Shown: one piece after another, positions 48,367 to 59,795 of the stretch
Layout of the letters: each line of letters begins with the position of its first letter
How positions within the stretch are numbered: position 1 is the first letter of the stretch
NCBI GenBank assembly: GCA_943787465.1
Contig: CALSMN010000006.1
Span: 205,105-269,104, forward strand
Reading direction: 5' to 3'
Length of the DNA: 64,000 bases
DNA from: an uncultured Bacteroidia bacterium
GTDB lineage: Bacteria > Bacteroidota > Bacteroidia > NS11-12g > UBA9320
The notes under the pieces: model-generated
What the model saw: only the letters and a program-made list of their open reading frames with translations
Database searches by the model: none
Told to the model about the DNA's origin: nothing
Position numbers and translations under genes: made by a program

Positions 48367-51300
48367 CTAATTAAATCTGAATTCTAAACCCAAATTGTTC
48401 AACTTTTTTTTCGTGATTTCATCCATCTGAATTTTATATCGTTGGGAGGAAGCTCTTACACTTTTGTCGCCATCTTTTATTAAAAATGATAATTTAATTT
48501 TACCCCTCTCATCAATCAAATCGAAGATAGATTCCATTAAATTTTCGTTGACTAAACTTGCCTCTACTTCAAGAGTTACTTTTTTGAGTTGATGCGCTAC
48601 GGTATCCTCTAAGAATGAAATGTGAGTCAGGTTTAAATCCAGTTTATTGGGGTCTCTATAGCTTTTCTCACCTTTAGCTATAATATATATCTGAGCATTC
48701 AATTCTATCCATGGTTTGAACTGAATATACTTCTCGCCAAACAGAGCAAATTCTCTGGTTCCGCTAAAATCTTCAAGCATGAATATACAAAATGGCTTTC
48801 CATTTTTACTTACGGAATCTCGGACTGAAGTAATTAGACCCGCTAATTTTATCTCAGTACCCTCTAGTTTTAAATTTTCTTCCTCAATTTTCAATAAGTC
48901 GTGTGTTGTGAAATGGTTTATCTCAAACTTATAATTGTTCAGAGGATGACCAGATATATAAATGCCTACCAACTCTTTTTCTAATTGCAATTTCTCCATC
49001 AAAGACCATGGTTCAACTTGAGGCAATACGGGTTCTGATATTTCCAATGATCCTGCACCACCGAATAGAGAAGCCTGATTACTTAAAGCATCATTTTGCA
49101 CTTGATTTCCAAACTTTACTGCTATATCAATCCCTTTTCCTGCTCCTGAATCAATTACATAGCTAGACCGATTTACACCAAATTCGTCAAACGCTCCAGC
49201 TATAGCCAAATTTTCCAGTGATTTTTTATTTACAATCCGTTGATTGGCTCGTTTACAAATATCAAAAATATTAGCATACGGTCCATTTTTACGGCGTTCC
49301 CGAATAATTTCTTCAGCTGCTGTATCTCCAACACCTTTAATTGCTGCAAGGCCAAACCGTATTGCTCCGTCTTTATTTACACTAAACTTTCGCTCACTTT
49401 CATTAGCACTTGGTCCAAGTATCTCTATACCCATCCACTTACATTCATCCATAAAAAAGCTTACTTTTTTAATATCATTCATGTTATGTGTAAGTACCGA
49501 TGCCATGAATTCTGCTGGATAATGAGCCTTCAAATAGCCTGTATGAAAGGCTAAATAGGCATAACAAGTACTGTGACTTTTATTAAAAGCATATGACGCA
49601 AATGCCTCCCAATCCGTCCAAACTTTTCGAAGGATTTTTTCATCATGACCCCTTTCAGTACCTTGACTAATAAATAAATCAAAGAGTTTATTCATCTCTT
49701 CAATTTTCTTTTTTCCCATCGCTTTTCGTAAACTATCTGCCTGACCCTTTGTAAATCCAGCTAACTTCTGTGAAAGTAGCATCACTTGCTCTTGATATAC
49801 CGTAATGCCGTAGGTATCTGCCAAATATTCTTTCATATCTGGTAGATCATAATGAATTTCTTCTTGACCGTGCTTACGAGCTATGAAATTTTTAATATAC
49901 TCCATTGGGCCTGGGCGATATAGGGCATTCATCGCAATTAAATCTTCAAACTTATCGGGTTTGAGCATCTTGAGATTCTTTTGCATTCCGGGGCTTTCGA
50001 ACTGAAATACACCATTGGTATTTCCTTTTGTAAATAATTCTAAGGTCTTAGCATCATCCAATGGAATTTCATCTGGTATTATAGTTACTCCTCTTTTATT
50101 CTTGACAATTTCAACAGCATCTTTGATAATAGTCAGGGTTTTTAAACCCAAAAAATCCATTTTCAAAAGACCGGCAGACTCTACTACGCTGTTGTCAAAT
50201 TGAGTGACCAATAAGTCTGAATCCTTGGCGGTGGTAATGGGGACATACTTCGTGATATCATCCGGGGTAATAATTACACCACAGGCATGTATCCCTGTAT
50301 TTCTAACCGATCCTTCTAACCGTTTGGCCGTTCGAATCATTTCCCCAATTGAATTATTTTTTTCTGATAATAATCTAAAATCTTCAGCAGCTTTAACCTG
50401 TTCTGCATTCATATCCCCTTTCAATTTTTTATCAATGCCACCATCATTTAGTACTTTTTTTAGGTTAGCACTCAAATGTGAAGGAAAGGTTTTCGTGACC
50501 TTATCCACCTCTCCAAGTGGAACATCCATTACTCGACCTACGTCTCTGAGTGAAGACCTAGCAGCCATACTTCCGTATGTGATTATTTGAGCAACTTGAT
50601 TTTTTCCATACTTGTCTACCACATAATCAATTACTTTTTGTCTACCCTCGTCATCAAAATCAATGTCAATATCTGGCAGAGATACCCGTTCTGGATTCAA
50701 AAATCGCTCAAAAAGTAGATCATATGCAATTGGGTCAACATTGGTAATACCGAGACAATATGCTACAGCACTGCCCGCAGCAGAACCCCTACCTGGGCCA
50801 ACAGAAACTCCCATATCTCTAGCTACACTGGTAAAATCTTGTACAATTAAAAAATAACCCGGATAACCCGAATCTTTAATAACCGATAGCTCAAAGAGTA
50901 GACGTTCTTCTATTTCAGAAGTTAGATCAGGGTATCTTTTTTTTGCCCCTTCAAAAGTGAGATGCTTTAAATAATCATCCTGAGATTTAAACTCTGGAGG
51001 CATTACAAAATTTGGCAACAAGACATCTCTAGTTAATTGAGGTGTTTCGATGCTATCCACAACTAAATTGGTATTATCCAATGCTTCGGGTAGATCAGCA
51101 AAAAGCCGACCCATTTCAGCTTGAGTTTTAAAGAAAAACTCATTATTTGGAAACGCAAAACGCATCCCTTTCCCATACCCTTTGGGATCAGTCATTCTAG
51201 AGCCGGTATTTACACATAACAGAATATCATGTGGAAGTGCATCATCCTCTTCCATATAATGAGAATCATTGGTAGCAATGACATGCAAATCGTATTTTTT

Positions 51301-51906
51301 AGCAAATTTGATGAGCACCTGATTGACATCTTCCTGGCTCATGCCTGTACCATCAATATTTTGAATTCCATGGCGTTGAAGTTCGATGTAAAAATCATCT
51401 CCAAAGATTTCTAAATATTCTTTTAACAGTTTTTCTGCTTCTGCCTCACCTTTGAATAATATAGCTTGTGGTATTTCAGCACCAATACAGCAAGATGTAG
51501 CAATCAAGCCCTCACTATACTTTTTTAAAATAGATTTATCAATTCTCGGATATTTACCATACAGACCTTCTATATATCCCAAAGAACAGAGCAATGATAA
51601 ATTTTCATATCCTTTCTGATTTTTGGCTAAAATCAATTGATGATAGCGTTTATCTTTAGTGTCTCCTACAAAAGACCGTCGAGTTCGATCTTCCACCATG
51701 TAAAATTCACAACCTACAATAGGTTTTACTCCGTATTTAAGTCCAGCATTAACAAACTTAAACGCCCCAAACATATTGCCATGATCTGTAAGCGCTACTG
51801 CACGCATACCGTCTGCTTTTGCTTTAACAAACATATCATCTATAGGAGATGCTCCATCTAATAATGAAAACTGACTATGACAATGTAAGTGGGAAAAAGA
51901 AGGCAT
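48367..51906 (-). CDS. dnaE: DNA polymerase III alpha subunit
   Basis: PHP domain HLHCHSQFSLLDGA; polymerase core (palm, fingers), OB-fold C-terminus; 1179 aa. Confidence 0.95.
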   Translation of the reverse strand: MPSFSHLHCHSQFSLLDGASPIDDMFVKAKADGMRAVALTDHGNMFGAFKFVNAGLKYGVKPIVGCEFYMVEDRTRRSFVGDTKDKRYHQLILAKNQKGYENLSLLCSLGYIEGLYGKYPRIDKSILKKYSEGLIATSCCIGAEIPQAILFKGEAEAEKLLKEYLEIFGDDFYIELQRHGIQNIDGTGMSQEDVNQVLIKFAKKYDLHVIATNDSHYMEEDDALPHDILLCVNTGSRMTDPKGYGKGMRFAFPNNEFFFKTQAEMGRLFADLPEALDNTNLVVDSIETPQLTRDVLLPNFVMPPEFKSQDDYLKHLTFEGAKKRYPDLTSEIEERLLFELSVIKDSGYPGYFLIVQDFTSVARDMGVSVGPGRGSAAGSAVAYCLGITNVDPIAYDLLFERFLNPERVSLPDIDIDFDDEGRQKVIDYVVDKYGKNQVAQIITYGSMAARSSLRDVGRVMDVPLGEVDKVTKTFPSHLSANLKKVLNDGGIDKKLKGDMNAEQVKAAEDFRLLSEKNNSIGEMIRTAKRLEGSVRNTGIHACGVIITPDDITKYVPITTAKDSDLLVTQFDNSVVESAGLLKMDFLGLKTLTIIKDAVEIVKNKRGVTIIPDEIPLDDAKTLELFTKGNTNGVFQFESPGMQKNLKMLKPDKFEDLIAMNALYRPGPMEYIKNFIARKHGQEEIHYDLPDMKEYLADTYGITVYQEQVMLLSQKLAGFTKGQADSLRKAMGKKKIEEMNKLFDLFISQGTERGHDEKILRKVWTDWEAFASYAFNKSHSTCYAYLAFHTGYLKAHYPAEFMASVLTHNMNDIKKVSFFMDECKWMGIEILGPSANESERKFSVNKDGAIRFGLAAIKGVGDTAAEEIIRERRKNGPYANIFDICKRANQRIVNKKSLENLAIAGAFDEFGVNRSSYVIDSGAGKGIDIAVKFGNQVQNDALSNQASLFGGAGSLEISEPVLPQVEPWSLMEKLQLEKELVGIYISGHPLNNYKFEINHFTTHDLLKIEEENLKLEGTEIKLAGLITSVRDSVSKNGKPFCIFMLEDFSGTREFALFGEKYIQFKPWIELNAQIYIIAKGEKSYRDPNKLDLNLTHISFLEDTVAHQLKKVTLEVEASLVNENLMESIFDLIDERGKIKLSFLIKDGDKSVRASSQRYKIQMDEITKKKLNNLGLEFRFN

Positions 51907-52006
51907 GAATTAATGTAATTGATACAAGTATACTTCAAATTTGGAGTATTCATCGAAGATTTTAATTGTCCACTTCGGTATATCTCTCGGATAGTTTTAT
52001 TATTGT

Positions 52007-52990
52007 TTGATTTTTGGCAATTTGAAGAAGATTAGAGAATACCTTAACAAATTTTACACAGACCATTTCAATTGGAAAGAATTTAGTTTTGCTCTTCTTT
52101 TTGTCTTTTGCTTTTGTGTTTTTAGATACTATACCTTTATCCCTTATTTTGATGAAGACATATCGCTATTAACAAGCTGGTGGCTCAAAGCCTATCTGGC
52201 AGATATGAAACTCAGTTTTCATTTCGTACTTTACCTTACCCCCATTTTATTGGGTTATCTAATTCACAGCATCACGCATAAGCATTGGACCTTTTGGAAG
52301 AATCCAGCCTTTATTTTGCTTCTACTTTTTGGTGTTTTCATTTTTTCATTTAGAAGTTCAATTACTTTTATGATCAATGATTGGTTGGAAAATTATGCAA
52401 CATATGCTCATGTAGATTGGCTTAATCGAATACTATCCACCATCGCTCGTGGTTTATTTTTGTTCCTTGTTTTATTCACCTATTGGTATTTTACTGATCG
52501 AAAAAATCAGCCTTTTTATGGTTTTTCATCAAAAAAAATTGACTTAAAACCATATTTAATCATGTTAGGTTGCATGCTACCTTTAATTGCAGCTGCTAGC
52601 TCTCAATCGGACTTTTTATCATCCTATCCTCGGGTACAACGCATAGCATCTCTGAATATGGAAACACCAAGTCACTGGAAATTTTATGCTATCTATGAAT
52701 TTTTATATGGCCTTGACTTTTTTTCCATTGAGTTCTTTTTTCGAGGATTCATGATATTAGGATTCGTAAGTATAGTAGGACCTAAGGCTATTATCCCCGT
52801 TGCATACATGTATGTAGTTATCCATTGGAACAAGCCTATGGGTGAGCTTATCAGCTCTTTCTTTGGGGGTAGTTTATTGGGAATTATTTCGTATTACAGT
52901 AGATCCATTTGGGGAGGAATCATTGTGCATGTAGGTATTGCATGGTTGATGGAGATCGGTGCATTTGTGAGTAAATATTTTTTTCAATGA
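52007..52990 (+). CDS. Polytopic membrane protein, possible CPBP-family (CAAX/Abi-like) intramembrane protease
   Basis: 8-9 predicted TMs; SIEFFFRGF resembles the EExxFRG motif 1; C-terminal GGIIVHVGIAW is a possible H-motif. The family assignment is tentative. Confidence 0.4.
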   Translation: MIFGNLKKIREYLNKFYTDHFNWKEFSFALLFVFCFCVFRYYTFIPYFDEDISLLTSWWLKAYLADMKLSFHFVLYLTPILLGYLIHSITHKHWTFWKNPAFILLLLFGVFIFSFRSSITFMINDWLENYATYAHVDWLNRILSTIARGLFLFLVLFTYWYFTDRKNQPFYGFSSKKIDLKPYLIMLGCMLPLIAAASSQSDFLSSYPRVQRIASLNMETPSHWKFYAIYEFLYGLDFFSIEFFFRGFMILGFVSIVGPKAIIPVAYMYVVIHWNKPMGELISSFFGGSLLGIISYYSRSIWGGIIVHVGIAWLMEIGAFVSKYFFQ

Positions 52991-55074
52991 ACGAATTTTT
53001 AGCATCAGATATCAAATTTTTAAAAGGGGTTGGTGCAACACGTGCTGAAATATTACAAAAAGAAATAGGTCTTTTTAAATTTCAAGATGCCTTACATTAT
53101 TTTCCTTTTAGATATGTAGACCGAACGAAATTTTATAGCATTTCAGAGATTGATTCAGATACCAGTTATATTCAAATTAAAGGGAAAGTCATACGAATAG
53201 AAGAAATGGGAACCACGCATACTAAAAGATTAGTTGCGCATTTCTTTGATGGTGAAAATGAAATAGAGCTACTCTGGTTCAAGGGGATTACTTGGATTAA
53301 AAAACTTCTGAAAATTGGTGAAGAAATTGTCATTTTTGGCAAACCCAACCATTACAAAGGAAGCATTAACTTCACTCACCCAGAGTTAGACTCCGTTGCC
53401 AATCGACTTAAAACAGCTCCACTAGAGGCCGTTTATCATACGACTGATATGATGAAAACACGAAGAGTAGAGAGTAAAATAGTTCGACAAATCATTCAAA
53501 ATGCCCTCAATCATGAACGATATGCTGTGCCTGAAATATTTAGTCCAGAACTGTGTGAAAAATATAAACTCATTCCACGAAGTAAAGCATTCAAATATAT
53601 CCATCAACCTCCTAGCCATAGACATATTGAAGCCGCTCAGTACCGATTTAAATTTGAAGAACTCTTTTTTCTTCAATTCCCTTTTATTCGAAAAAAAATC
53701 AATCGAAGAGAGGCCAATCAAGGGATTACTTTTGGAAAAGATGCACTGCTATATAACCAGTTTGTAAATCAACATCTCCCCTTTGAATTAACCGATGCTC
53801 AAGAGCGAGTTCTTCAAGAAATTACCACCGACTTAACATCGGGTAAGCAAATGAGCAGGCTTCTGCAGGGCGATGTTGGAAGTGGCAAAACCATCGTTGC
53901 TTTTTTAAGTGTATTAAGAGCCATAGATAATGGCTATCAAGCAAGCCTCATGGCTCCTACCGAAATATTAGCGATACAGCATTTTATGGGTTTAAAAGAG
54001 TTGGCAGACCAACTTCACCTTAAAATAGGTTTACTCACCGGTTCAACAACAAAAAAAGAACGCGTCACACTCCACGAAAAACTACTTTCCGGAGAAATCA
54101 AATTACTCATAGGTACCCATGCCCTGATTGAAGATGTCGTAAAATTTCAAAACCTAGGATTGGTGATTATTGATGAACAACATCGTTTTGGAGTTGCTCA
54201 ACGTGCCAAACTCCAAGGCAAAGGCAAAGAAAATCCCCATGTTTTGGTAATGACAGCCACTCCCATACCACGTACTCTTGCTATGAGCATGTATGGGGAT
54301 TTGGATTACAGTGTTATAGATGAAATGCCTGCAGGAAGAAAAGAAATTAAAACAGTTCACCGTTTTGGATTTGCTCGTGAAAAAGTACATGAATTTGTAA
54401 AACAAGAAATAATCAAGGGAAGACAAGCCTACATCGTTTATCCATTGATTGAAGAATCTGAGAAACTAAATTACAAGGACTTAAACAATGGCTACGATGA
54501 ACTTTTAGTATCATTTCCAAGACCAACCTACCAAGTTGAAATGCTACACGGAAAAATGAAACCTAGTGACAAAGAGGCTAAAATGAAAGACTTTTCTGAT
54601 GGAAAAACACACCTATTAGTGAGTACAACTGTAATCGAAGTAGGTATTAATGTCCCAAATGCTTCTATTATGATTATTGAAAGTGCTGAAAAATTTGGTT
54701 TATCACAATTGCATCAGCTCAGAGGTCGAGTGGGTAGAGGTGCAGCTCAGAGTTATTGCATTCTATTAAGTAGTAAAAATTTAAGTGCAAATGCTAAAAC
54801 CCGATTAAAGGCTATGGTCCATACTTCCAGTGGATTTGAACTGAGCGAAATTGACATGCAACTAAGAGGTTTTGGAGATATTGCTGGGACACGACAAAGC
54901 GGTCTGGACCAGCTAAAGCTTGCATCACTTCATACAGATGGACATATAGCAGAACTGGCCCGAAATGCAATTATAGAATTATTGACCCAAGACCCCTCCT
55001 TTGAACATCATCCTGCTTTGTATCATTTCATGAAAGATAAGCAAGGGTATACTGACTGGGAGAATATTGCGTAA
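52987..55074 (+). CDS. recG: ATP-dependent DNA helicase RecG
   Basis: Wedge domain, helicase motifs GDVGSGKT, DEQHRFG, TATPIPRT, QLHQLRGRVGRG; 695 aa. Confidence 0.95.
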   Translation: MNEFLASDIKFLKGVGATRAEILQKEIGLFKFQDALHYFPFRYVDRTKFYSISEIDSDTSYIQIKGKVIRIEEMGTTHTKRLVAHFFDGENEIELLWFKGITWIKKLLKIGEEIVIFGKPNHYKGSINFTHPELDSVANRLKTAPLEAVYHTTDMMKTRRVESKIVRQIIQNALNHERYAVPEIFSPELCEKYKLIPRSKAFKYIHQPPSHRHIEAAQYRFKFEELFFLQFPFIRKKINRREANQGITFGKDALLYNQFVNQHLPFELTDAQERVLQEITTDLTSGKQMSRLLQGDVGSGKTIVAFLSVLRAIDNGYQASLMAPTEILAIQHFMGLKELADQLHLKIGLLTGSTTKKERVTLHEKLLSGEIKLLIGTHALIEDVVKFQNLGLVIIDEQHRFGVAQRAKLQGKGKENPHVLVMTATPIPRTLAMSMYGDLDYSVIDEMPAGRKEIKTVHRFGFAREKVHEFVKQEIIKGRQAYIVYPLIEESEKLNYKDLNNGYDELLVSFPRPTYQVEMLHGKMKPSDKEAKMKDFSDGKTHLLVSTTVIEVGINVPNASIMIIESAEKFGLSQLHQLRGRVGRGAAQSYCILLSSKNLSANAKTRLKAMVHTSSGFELSEIDMQLRGFGDIAGTRQSGLDQLKLASLHTDGHIAELARNAIIELLTQDPSFEHHPALYHFMKDKQGYTDWENIA

Positions 55075-55077
55075 GTC

Positions 55078-55593
55078 TTATCGCTTCAGCACCTTTTTCA
55101 ATTTTTGGTAGTTTTGAGATACATTTTTTTCATGTGTTTCTTTTGCATACATGAGTAAACGTGTTCTCAAACTCTCCGATTTCAATGTTATTTTTGTAAA
55201 AATTCGGGTATGGGTACTATCCAAGGCTTCGAACCGAATATCCTCATTCCATACAAAATAGTTTGGAATAATACCATGAGTAACTAGCCGATGATTTTGA
55301 TCAAAACCTTGAACGGTTCTCGACAATATTAGTGGTTGGTCACCTTTAAAGTAAATTTCATACTTATCGCCTACCATGAGTGGATATTTTTCCCCATAAG
55401 TCACCTTATCCATGGTGGAATTCCATTGAGTCAATTTAGCTGGATTAGCTACCATTTGAAATACTTTATCAATAGGTGCATCAAAATCTTCATTCACTTG
55501 AAATTCTATGCTTTTGGGAGCCATAAAAACGAGTCCATAATAGCCTGCCCCAATAAAAAGAATGAATATACTGATGTATTTTAAAATTTTCAT
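55078..55593 (-). CDS. SRPBCC-like (START/polyketide-cyclase fold) protein with an N-terminal TM anchor
   Basis: 171 aa; N-terminal hydrophobic helix then a beta-rich domain of the typical size. Confidence 0.4.
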   Translation of the reverse strand: MKILKYISIFILFIGAGYYGLVFMAPKSIEFQVNEDFDAPIDKVFQMVANPAKLTQWNSTMDKVTYGEKYPLMVGDKYEIYFKGDQPLILSRTVQGFDQNHRLVTHGIIPNYFVWNEDIRFEALDSTHTRIFTKITLKSESLRTRLLMYAKETHEKNVSQNYQKLKKVLKR

Positions 55594-55599
55594 TTCAAG

Positions 55600-56208
55600 T
55601 TAATGGCGTGTCAATCTTGCCACATACTTTCCAAGAACATCTAACTCGATGTTGACCATATCTCCTATTTTCAGTGCATGGAAATTCGTATGTTGAAAGG
55701 TATATGGAATAATGGCCACTCCAAAAGTTTGGTCTTGAACATGAGTTACGGTTAAGCTGGTACCATTTATCGTAATAGACCCTTTTTGAATAATCAATTT
55801 TTCTGGCGAATGATCATGAATTAAGGAAAAGGAGTCACTGAGTTTGAAGTCAAATTCCCAACTCCCATTCTTATCGATAATTTGAGTGACTTCTGCTGTA
55901 CCATCTGCATGTCCTTGGACTATGTGTCCGTCCAATCGATCATTCATTCGAATGCATCGCTCAACATTTACTTTATTTCCTATATTGAGTAAACCTAAAT
56001 TGGTTAATCGAAGGGTTTCTTCTATAGCGGTAACACGATATTGATCTCCTTGTATATGAGTGACTGTGAGGCATACACCATTATGTGCTACACTCTGATC
56101 TACTTTGAGTTCTGATGTAAAGGTACTTTCAAAGGTGAAATGAATATTGGTCCCTTCATGTTCTATATTTCGAACAATCGCCAATGATTCAATAATGCCA
56201 CTAAACAT
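55600..56208 (-). CDS. ribE: Riboflavin synthase alpha chain
   Basis: MFSGIIE...; two repeated lumazine-binding half-domains (GDQYRVTAIEETLRLTNLG / GSITINGTSLTV). Confidence 0.9.
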   Translation of the reverse strand: MFSGIIESLAIVRNIEHEGTNIHFTFESTFTSELKVDQSVAHNGVCLTVTHIQGDQYRVTAIEETLRLTNLGLLNIGNKVNVERCIRMNDRLDGHIVQGHADGTAEVTQIIDKNGSWEFDFKLSDSFSLIHDHSPEKLIIQKGSITINGTSLTVTHVQDQTFGVAIIPYTFQHTNFHALKIGDMVNIELDVLGKYVARLTRH

Positions 56209-56211
56209 GGT

Positions 56212-56967
56212 TTATTTGGTTAAGCTACCTCCTAAAAACTCGCGGTTCATTCGAGCAATATTGGTAAGTGAAATTCCTTTCGGGCACTCTACTTCACAAG
56301 CTCCAGTATTGGTGCAATTTCCAAAACCTTCTGCATCCATTTGAGCCACCATATTTTGGGCTCTATCTTTGGCTTCTACTTGTCCTTGAGGCAATAAAGC
56401 ATATTGTGATATTTTAGCTCCAACAAATAACATCGCACTACTATTTTTACACGTAGCAACACATGCACCACAACCAATACAGGTTGCCGCATCCATCGCT
56501 AAATCTGCATGTTCTTTTGCAATAGGCGTTGCATTAGCATCTTGAGTATTTCCACTTGTATTTACAGAAATGTACCCTCCTGAATGTTGTATACGGTCAA
56601 AAGCACTGCGATCAATAACTAAGTCTTTAATGACAGGAAAGGCATTCGCTCTGAAGGGTTCAATATAAATGGTATCCCCATCTTTGAAACTTCGCATGTG
56701 TAATTGACAGGTTGTGGTGCCTTTTACAGGACCATGGGCCTCTCCATTTATAAACATTGAACAGCTACCACATATACCTTCTCTACAATCGTGATCAAAG
56801 GCAATGGGTTCTTCCCCGCTACCGATTAATTTCTGATTCAAAACATCCATCATTTCAAGAAAAGACATATGTTCTGATATTCCATCAATTTGATAGTCTA
56901 CCATTCTTCCTTTTTCTTGAGGGCCTTGTTGTCTCCAGACCTTCAGATTTAATTTCATATCGTTCAT
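56212..56967 (-). CDS. sdhB: Succinate dehydrogenase/fumarate reductase iron-sulfur subunit
   Basis: 2Fe-2[10 protein letters not shown]; 4Fe-4S/3Fe-4[12 protein letters not shown] and [12 protein letters not shown]. Confidence 0.9.
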   Translation of the reverse strand: MNDMKLNLKVWRQQGPQEKGRMVDYQIDGISEHMSFLEMMDVLNQKLIGSGEEPIAFDHDCREGICGSCSMFINGEAHGPVKGTTTCQLHMRSFKDGDTIYIEPFRANAFPVIKDLVIDRSAFDRIQHSGGYISVNTSGNTQDANATPIAKEHADLAMDAATCIGCGACVATCKNSSAMLFVGAKISQYALLPQGQVEAKDRAQNMVAQMDAEGFGNCTNTGACEVECPKGISLTNIARMNREFLGGSLTK

Positions 56968-56969
56968 GA

Positions 56970-58985
56970 TTATTTATACGATCTTTGTTTTAATTCTATA
57001 TCATTAAATTCTAATTGCTCTTTGTGAAGTTTAGCTTCACTTGGAACACCGGTATATTCCCATGCAGCAACATAAGCAAAGTTTTTATCATCTCTAAGAG
57101 CTTCACCTTGTTGTTCTCCGCTTTTCTCCACATATTCTTCTCTAAAGTGACCGCCACAGCTTTCATTTCTATCAAGAGCATCTTTAGCAAATAATTCGCC
57201 AAGTTCTAAGAAATCAGCAACCCTACCTGCTTTTTCTAACTCTTGATTGAGCTCGTTGGCACCACCTGGGACACTTACATTTTTCCAAAAGTCATTACGT
57301 AACTCTGTAATTTCTTGAATGGCTTCTTTTAAGCCTTTTTCAGTTCTTGCCATACCACATTTGTTCCACATGATATTGCCCAATTTTCTGTGATAGTAAT
57401 CCACTGATTGAGTTCCTTTGTTACTTACAAGTTTTTCTATACGCTCACGAACATTTTTCTCTGCTTCTTCGAATTCGTTAGAATCCGTTGAAATTTTTCC
57501 TGTTCTAATATCAGACGATAAGTAGTCCCCAATTGTATAAGGTAAAACAAAGTATCCATCAGCAAGACCCTGCATCAATGCAGAGGCACCCAATCTATTG
57601 GCACCATGATCAGAAAAATTAGCTTCTCCGATAGCATAACAACCCGGGATTGTAGTCATCAGATTATAATCTACCCAAATACCTCCCATGGTATAATGTA
57701 CAGCGGGATAAATCATCATGGGTGTTTCGTATGGATTATCAGCGGCAATTTGTTTGTACATATCAAACAAATTCCCATACTTAGCTTTTACTATTTCCTT
57801 ACCCAATTCTTTTATTCTAGCCTCACTTGCATCATTTTCTCCTTTGATCGTGGCTTGTTCTTTGCCATAACGAATAATTGCTGCTGCAAAATCAAGGTAT
57901 ACCGCTTCACCGGTGGCATTTACACCATATCCTTCATCGCATCGTTCTTTGGCTGCTCTACTGGCAACATCTCGAGGCACTAAATTACCAAATGCAGGAT
58001 ATCTTCGTTCTAAATAATAATCTCTATCTTCTTCTTTAATTTCCGTAGGCTTTAATTGACCATCTCGAATGGCTTGAGCGTCCTCTTTTTTGGCAGGTAC
58101 CCAGATTCTACCGTCATTTCTTAAAGACTCTGACATTAATGTCAGTTTACTTTGATAATCTCCACTTCTGGGAATGCAAGTGGGGTGAATTTGAGTATAA
58201 CACGGATTTGCAAAATAAGCTCCACGTTTATGTGCTTTCCATCCTGCCGTAACATTACTTCCCATGGCGTTAGTACTTAAATAAAATACGTTACCATAAC
58301 CACCCGTACCTAATACAACGGCATGAGCAGAATGTCTTTCAATTTCACCAGTCACTAGGTTTCTGGCAATGATACCTCGAGCCTTTCCATCTATGACGAC
58401 AATATCTAACATTTCGTGTCTGTTAAACATTTGAATTTTACCACGAGCAATCTGACGATTCATTGCAGAATATGCTCCCAATAACAATTGTTGACCTGTT
58501 TGTCCTTTGGCATAAAATGTTCGACTTACAAGCACACCACCAAAAGATCGGTTATCTAAAAGTCCACCATAGTCTCTTGCAAAAGGAACTCCTTGGGCAA
58601 CACATTGATCGATAATATTTGTGGATACTTCAGCCAAACGATGAACGTTTGCTTCTCTACTTCGGTAATCACCACCTTTTACCGTATCATAAAAAAGTCT
58701 GTAAATTGAATCTCCATCACCTTGATAATTTTTAGCAGCATTAATTCCTCCCTGAGCAGCTATAGAATGAGCTCTTCGTGGTGAATCCTGATAACAAAAA
58801 GCTTTCACATTATATCCTTGCTCGGCTAATGTAGCTGCGGCACTTCCTCCAGCAAGACCCGTACCAACTACAATAACATCAATGTTGCGTTTATTGGCAG
58901 GATTTACTAAATTCACTTTATCTTTATACGAGGTCCACTTATCTTTAATCGGACCAGCAGGTGTTTTTCCGTCTAATGTTGACAT
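56970..58985 (-). CDS. sdhA: Succinate dehydrogenase/fumarate reductase flavoprotein subunit
   Basis: FAD fold [14 protein letters not shown]; covalent-FAD His region ([11 protein letters not shown]); 671 aa, Bacteroidetes FrdA/SdhA type. Confidence 0.95.
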   Translation of the reverse strand: MSTLDGKTPAGPIKDKWTSYKDKVNLVNPANKRNIDVIVVGTGLAGGSAAATLAEQGYNVKAFCYQDSPRRAHSIAAQGGINAAKNYQGDGDSIYRLFYDTVKGGDYRSREANVHRLAEVSTNIIDQCVAQGVPFARDYGGLLDNRSFGGVLVSRTFYAKGQTGQQLLLGAYSAMNRQIARGKIQMFNRHEMLDIVVIDGKARGIIARNLVTGEIERHSAHAVVLGTGGYGNVFYLSTNAMGSNVTAGWKAHKRGAYFANPCYTQIHPTCIPRSGDYQSKLTLMSESLRNDGRIWVPAKKEDAQAIRDGQLKPTEIKEEDRDYYLERRYPAFGNLVPRDVASRAAKERCDEGYGVNATGEAVYLDFAAAIIRYGKEQATIKGENDASEARIKELGKEIVKAKYGNLFDMYKQIAADNPYETPMMIYPAVHYTMGGIWVDYNLMTTIPGCYAIGEANFSDHGANRLGASALMQGLADGYFVLPYTIGDYLSSDIRTGKISTDSNEFEEAEKNVRERIEKLVSNKGTQSVDYYHRKLGNIMWNKCGMARTEKGLKEAIQEITELRNDFWKNVSVPGGANELNQELEKAGRVADFLELGELFAKDALDRNESCGGHFREEYVEKSGEQQGEALRDDKNFAYVAAWEYTGVPSEAKLHKEQLEFNDIELKQRSYK

Positions 58986-59006
58986 AAATTTAATCTTTTA
59001 ATGAAC

Positions 59007-59702
59007 TTAATGTGGATGATAAATGAAATGATATAGTGCCACAAAAACAAAACCTAAAGGTACTGCAATGGCAAATATGTTTCCCATCTTTTTGATAATA
59101 GGGGTATATTTAGAGTGATTAAAACCTACAGATTGAAAAGCGGATTGGAAACCATGCATAAGATGTAATGAGAGCATAAAAAATGCTATTACATATAAAA
59201 TCACTCGAATAGGTTGATTGGCAAATTTATCCACGAGCTCTTCATGATAACGAAATTCATTGGAGCCAGGATGTAAGCCGGTCATATCTCCTTCTATATA
59301 TTTTGTATTTATTTCTGGAATCCAAAAATCGTAAAAATGCACTACTAAAAATGCTAATACAGCTAAGCCAGAGATAATCATATTTCTGCTCATCCATGTT
59401 GCGTTTGCATGACCACTGTATTTGGCATATTTGATGGAACGAGCTTGGTTATTTTGATATTCAAGAACCATCCCCCATACAAAATGAAAAAACACCGAAA
59501 AAATGAGAACTGGCTGAAGAACAAACTGAACTAGAGCGTTTGTTCCCATAAAATGGGAAACCTCATTAAATACATCAGCGTTTATCACAGACAACATATT
59601 AATACTCATGTGTTGCAATAAAAACACCATTAAAAAGAAACCAGTAAGTGCCATAAGCACTTTTCTACCTATACTCGATAAACTTTGTTTTTGGGTTGAC
59701 AT
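59007..59702 (-). CDS. sdhC: Succinate dehydrogenase/fumarate reductase cytochrome b membrane subunit (Bacteroidetes b558-type)
   Basis: 231 aa with 5 TM helices and conserved His ligands; directly upstream of sdhA in the same orientation. Confidence 0.75.
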   Translation of the reverse strand: MSTQKQSLSSIGRKVLMALTGFFLMVFLLQHMSINMLSVINADVFNEVSHFMGTNALVQFVLQPVLIFSVFFHFVWGMVLEYQNNQARSIKYAKYSGHANATWMSRNMIISGLAVLAFLVVHFYDFWIPEINTKYIEGDMTGLHPGSNEFRYHEELVDKFANQPIRVILYVIAFFMLSLHLMHGFQSAFQSVGFNHSKYTPIIKKMGNIFAIAVPLGFVFVALYHFIYHPH

Positions 59703-59795
59703 AACTTAGTTTTACAACAACAAATTTAACAATGTGTTTAGAAGGGGCTAAACTTTATTTTGATATTAAATTAGTTCTAAATAAAATTTGCTGAA

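Noticed and set aside
49240-51861. Several plus-strand ORFs inside dnaE
   Set aside because: Antisense to a well-supported 1179-aa polymerase gene; no motifs.
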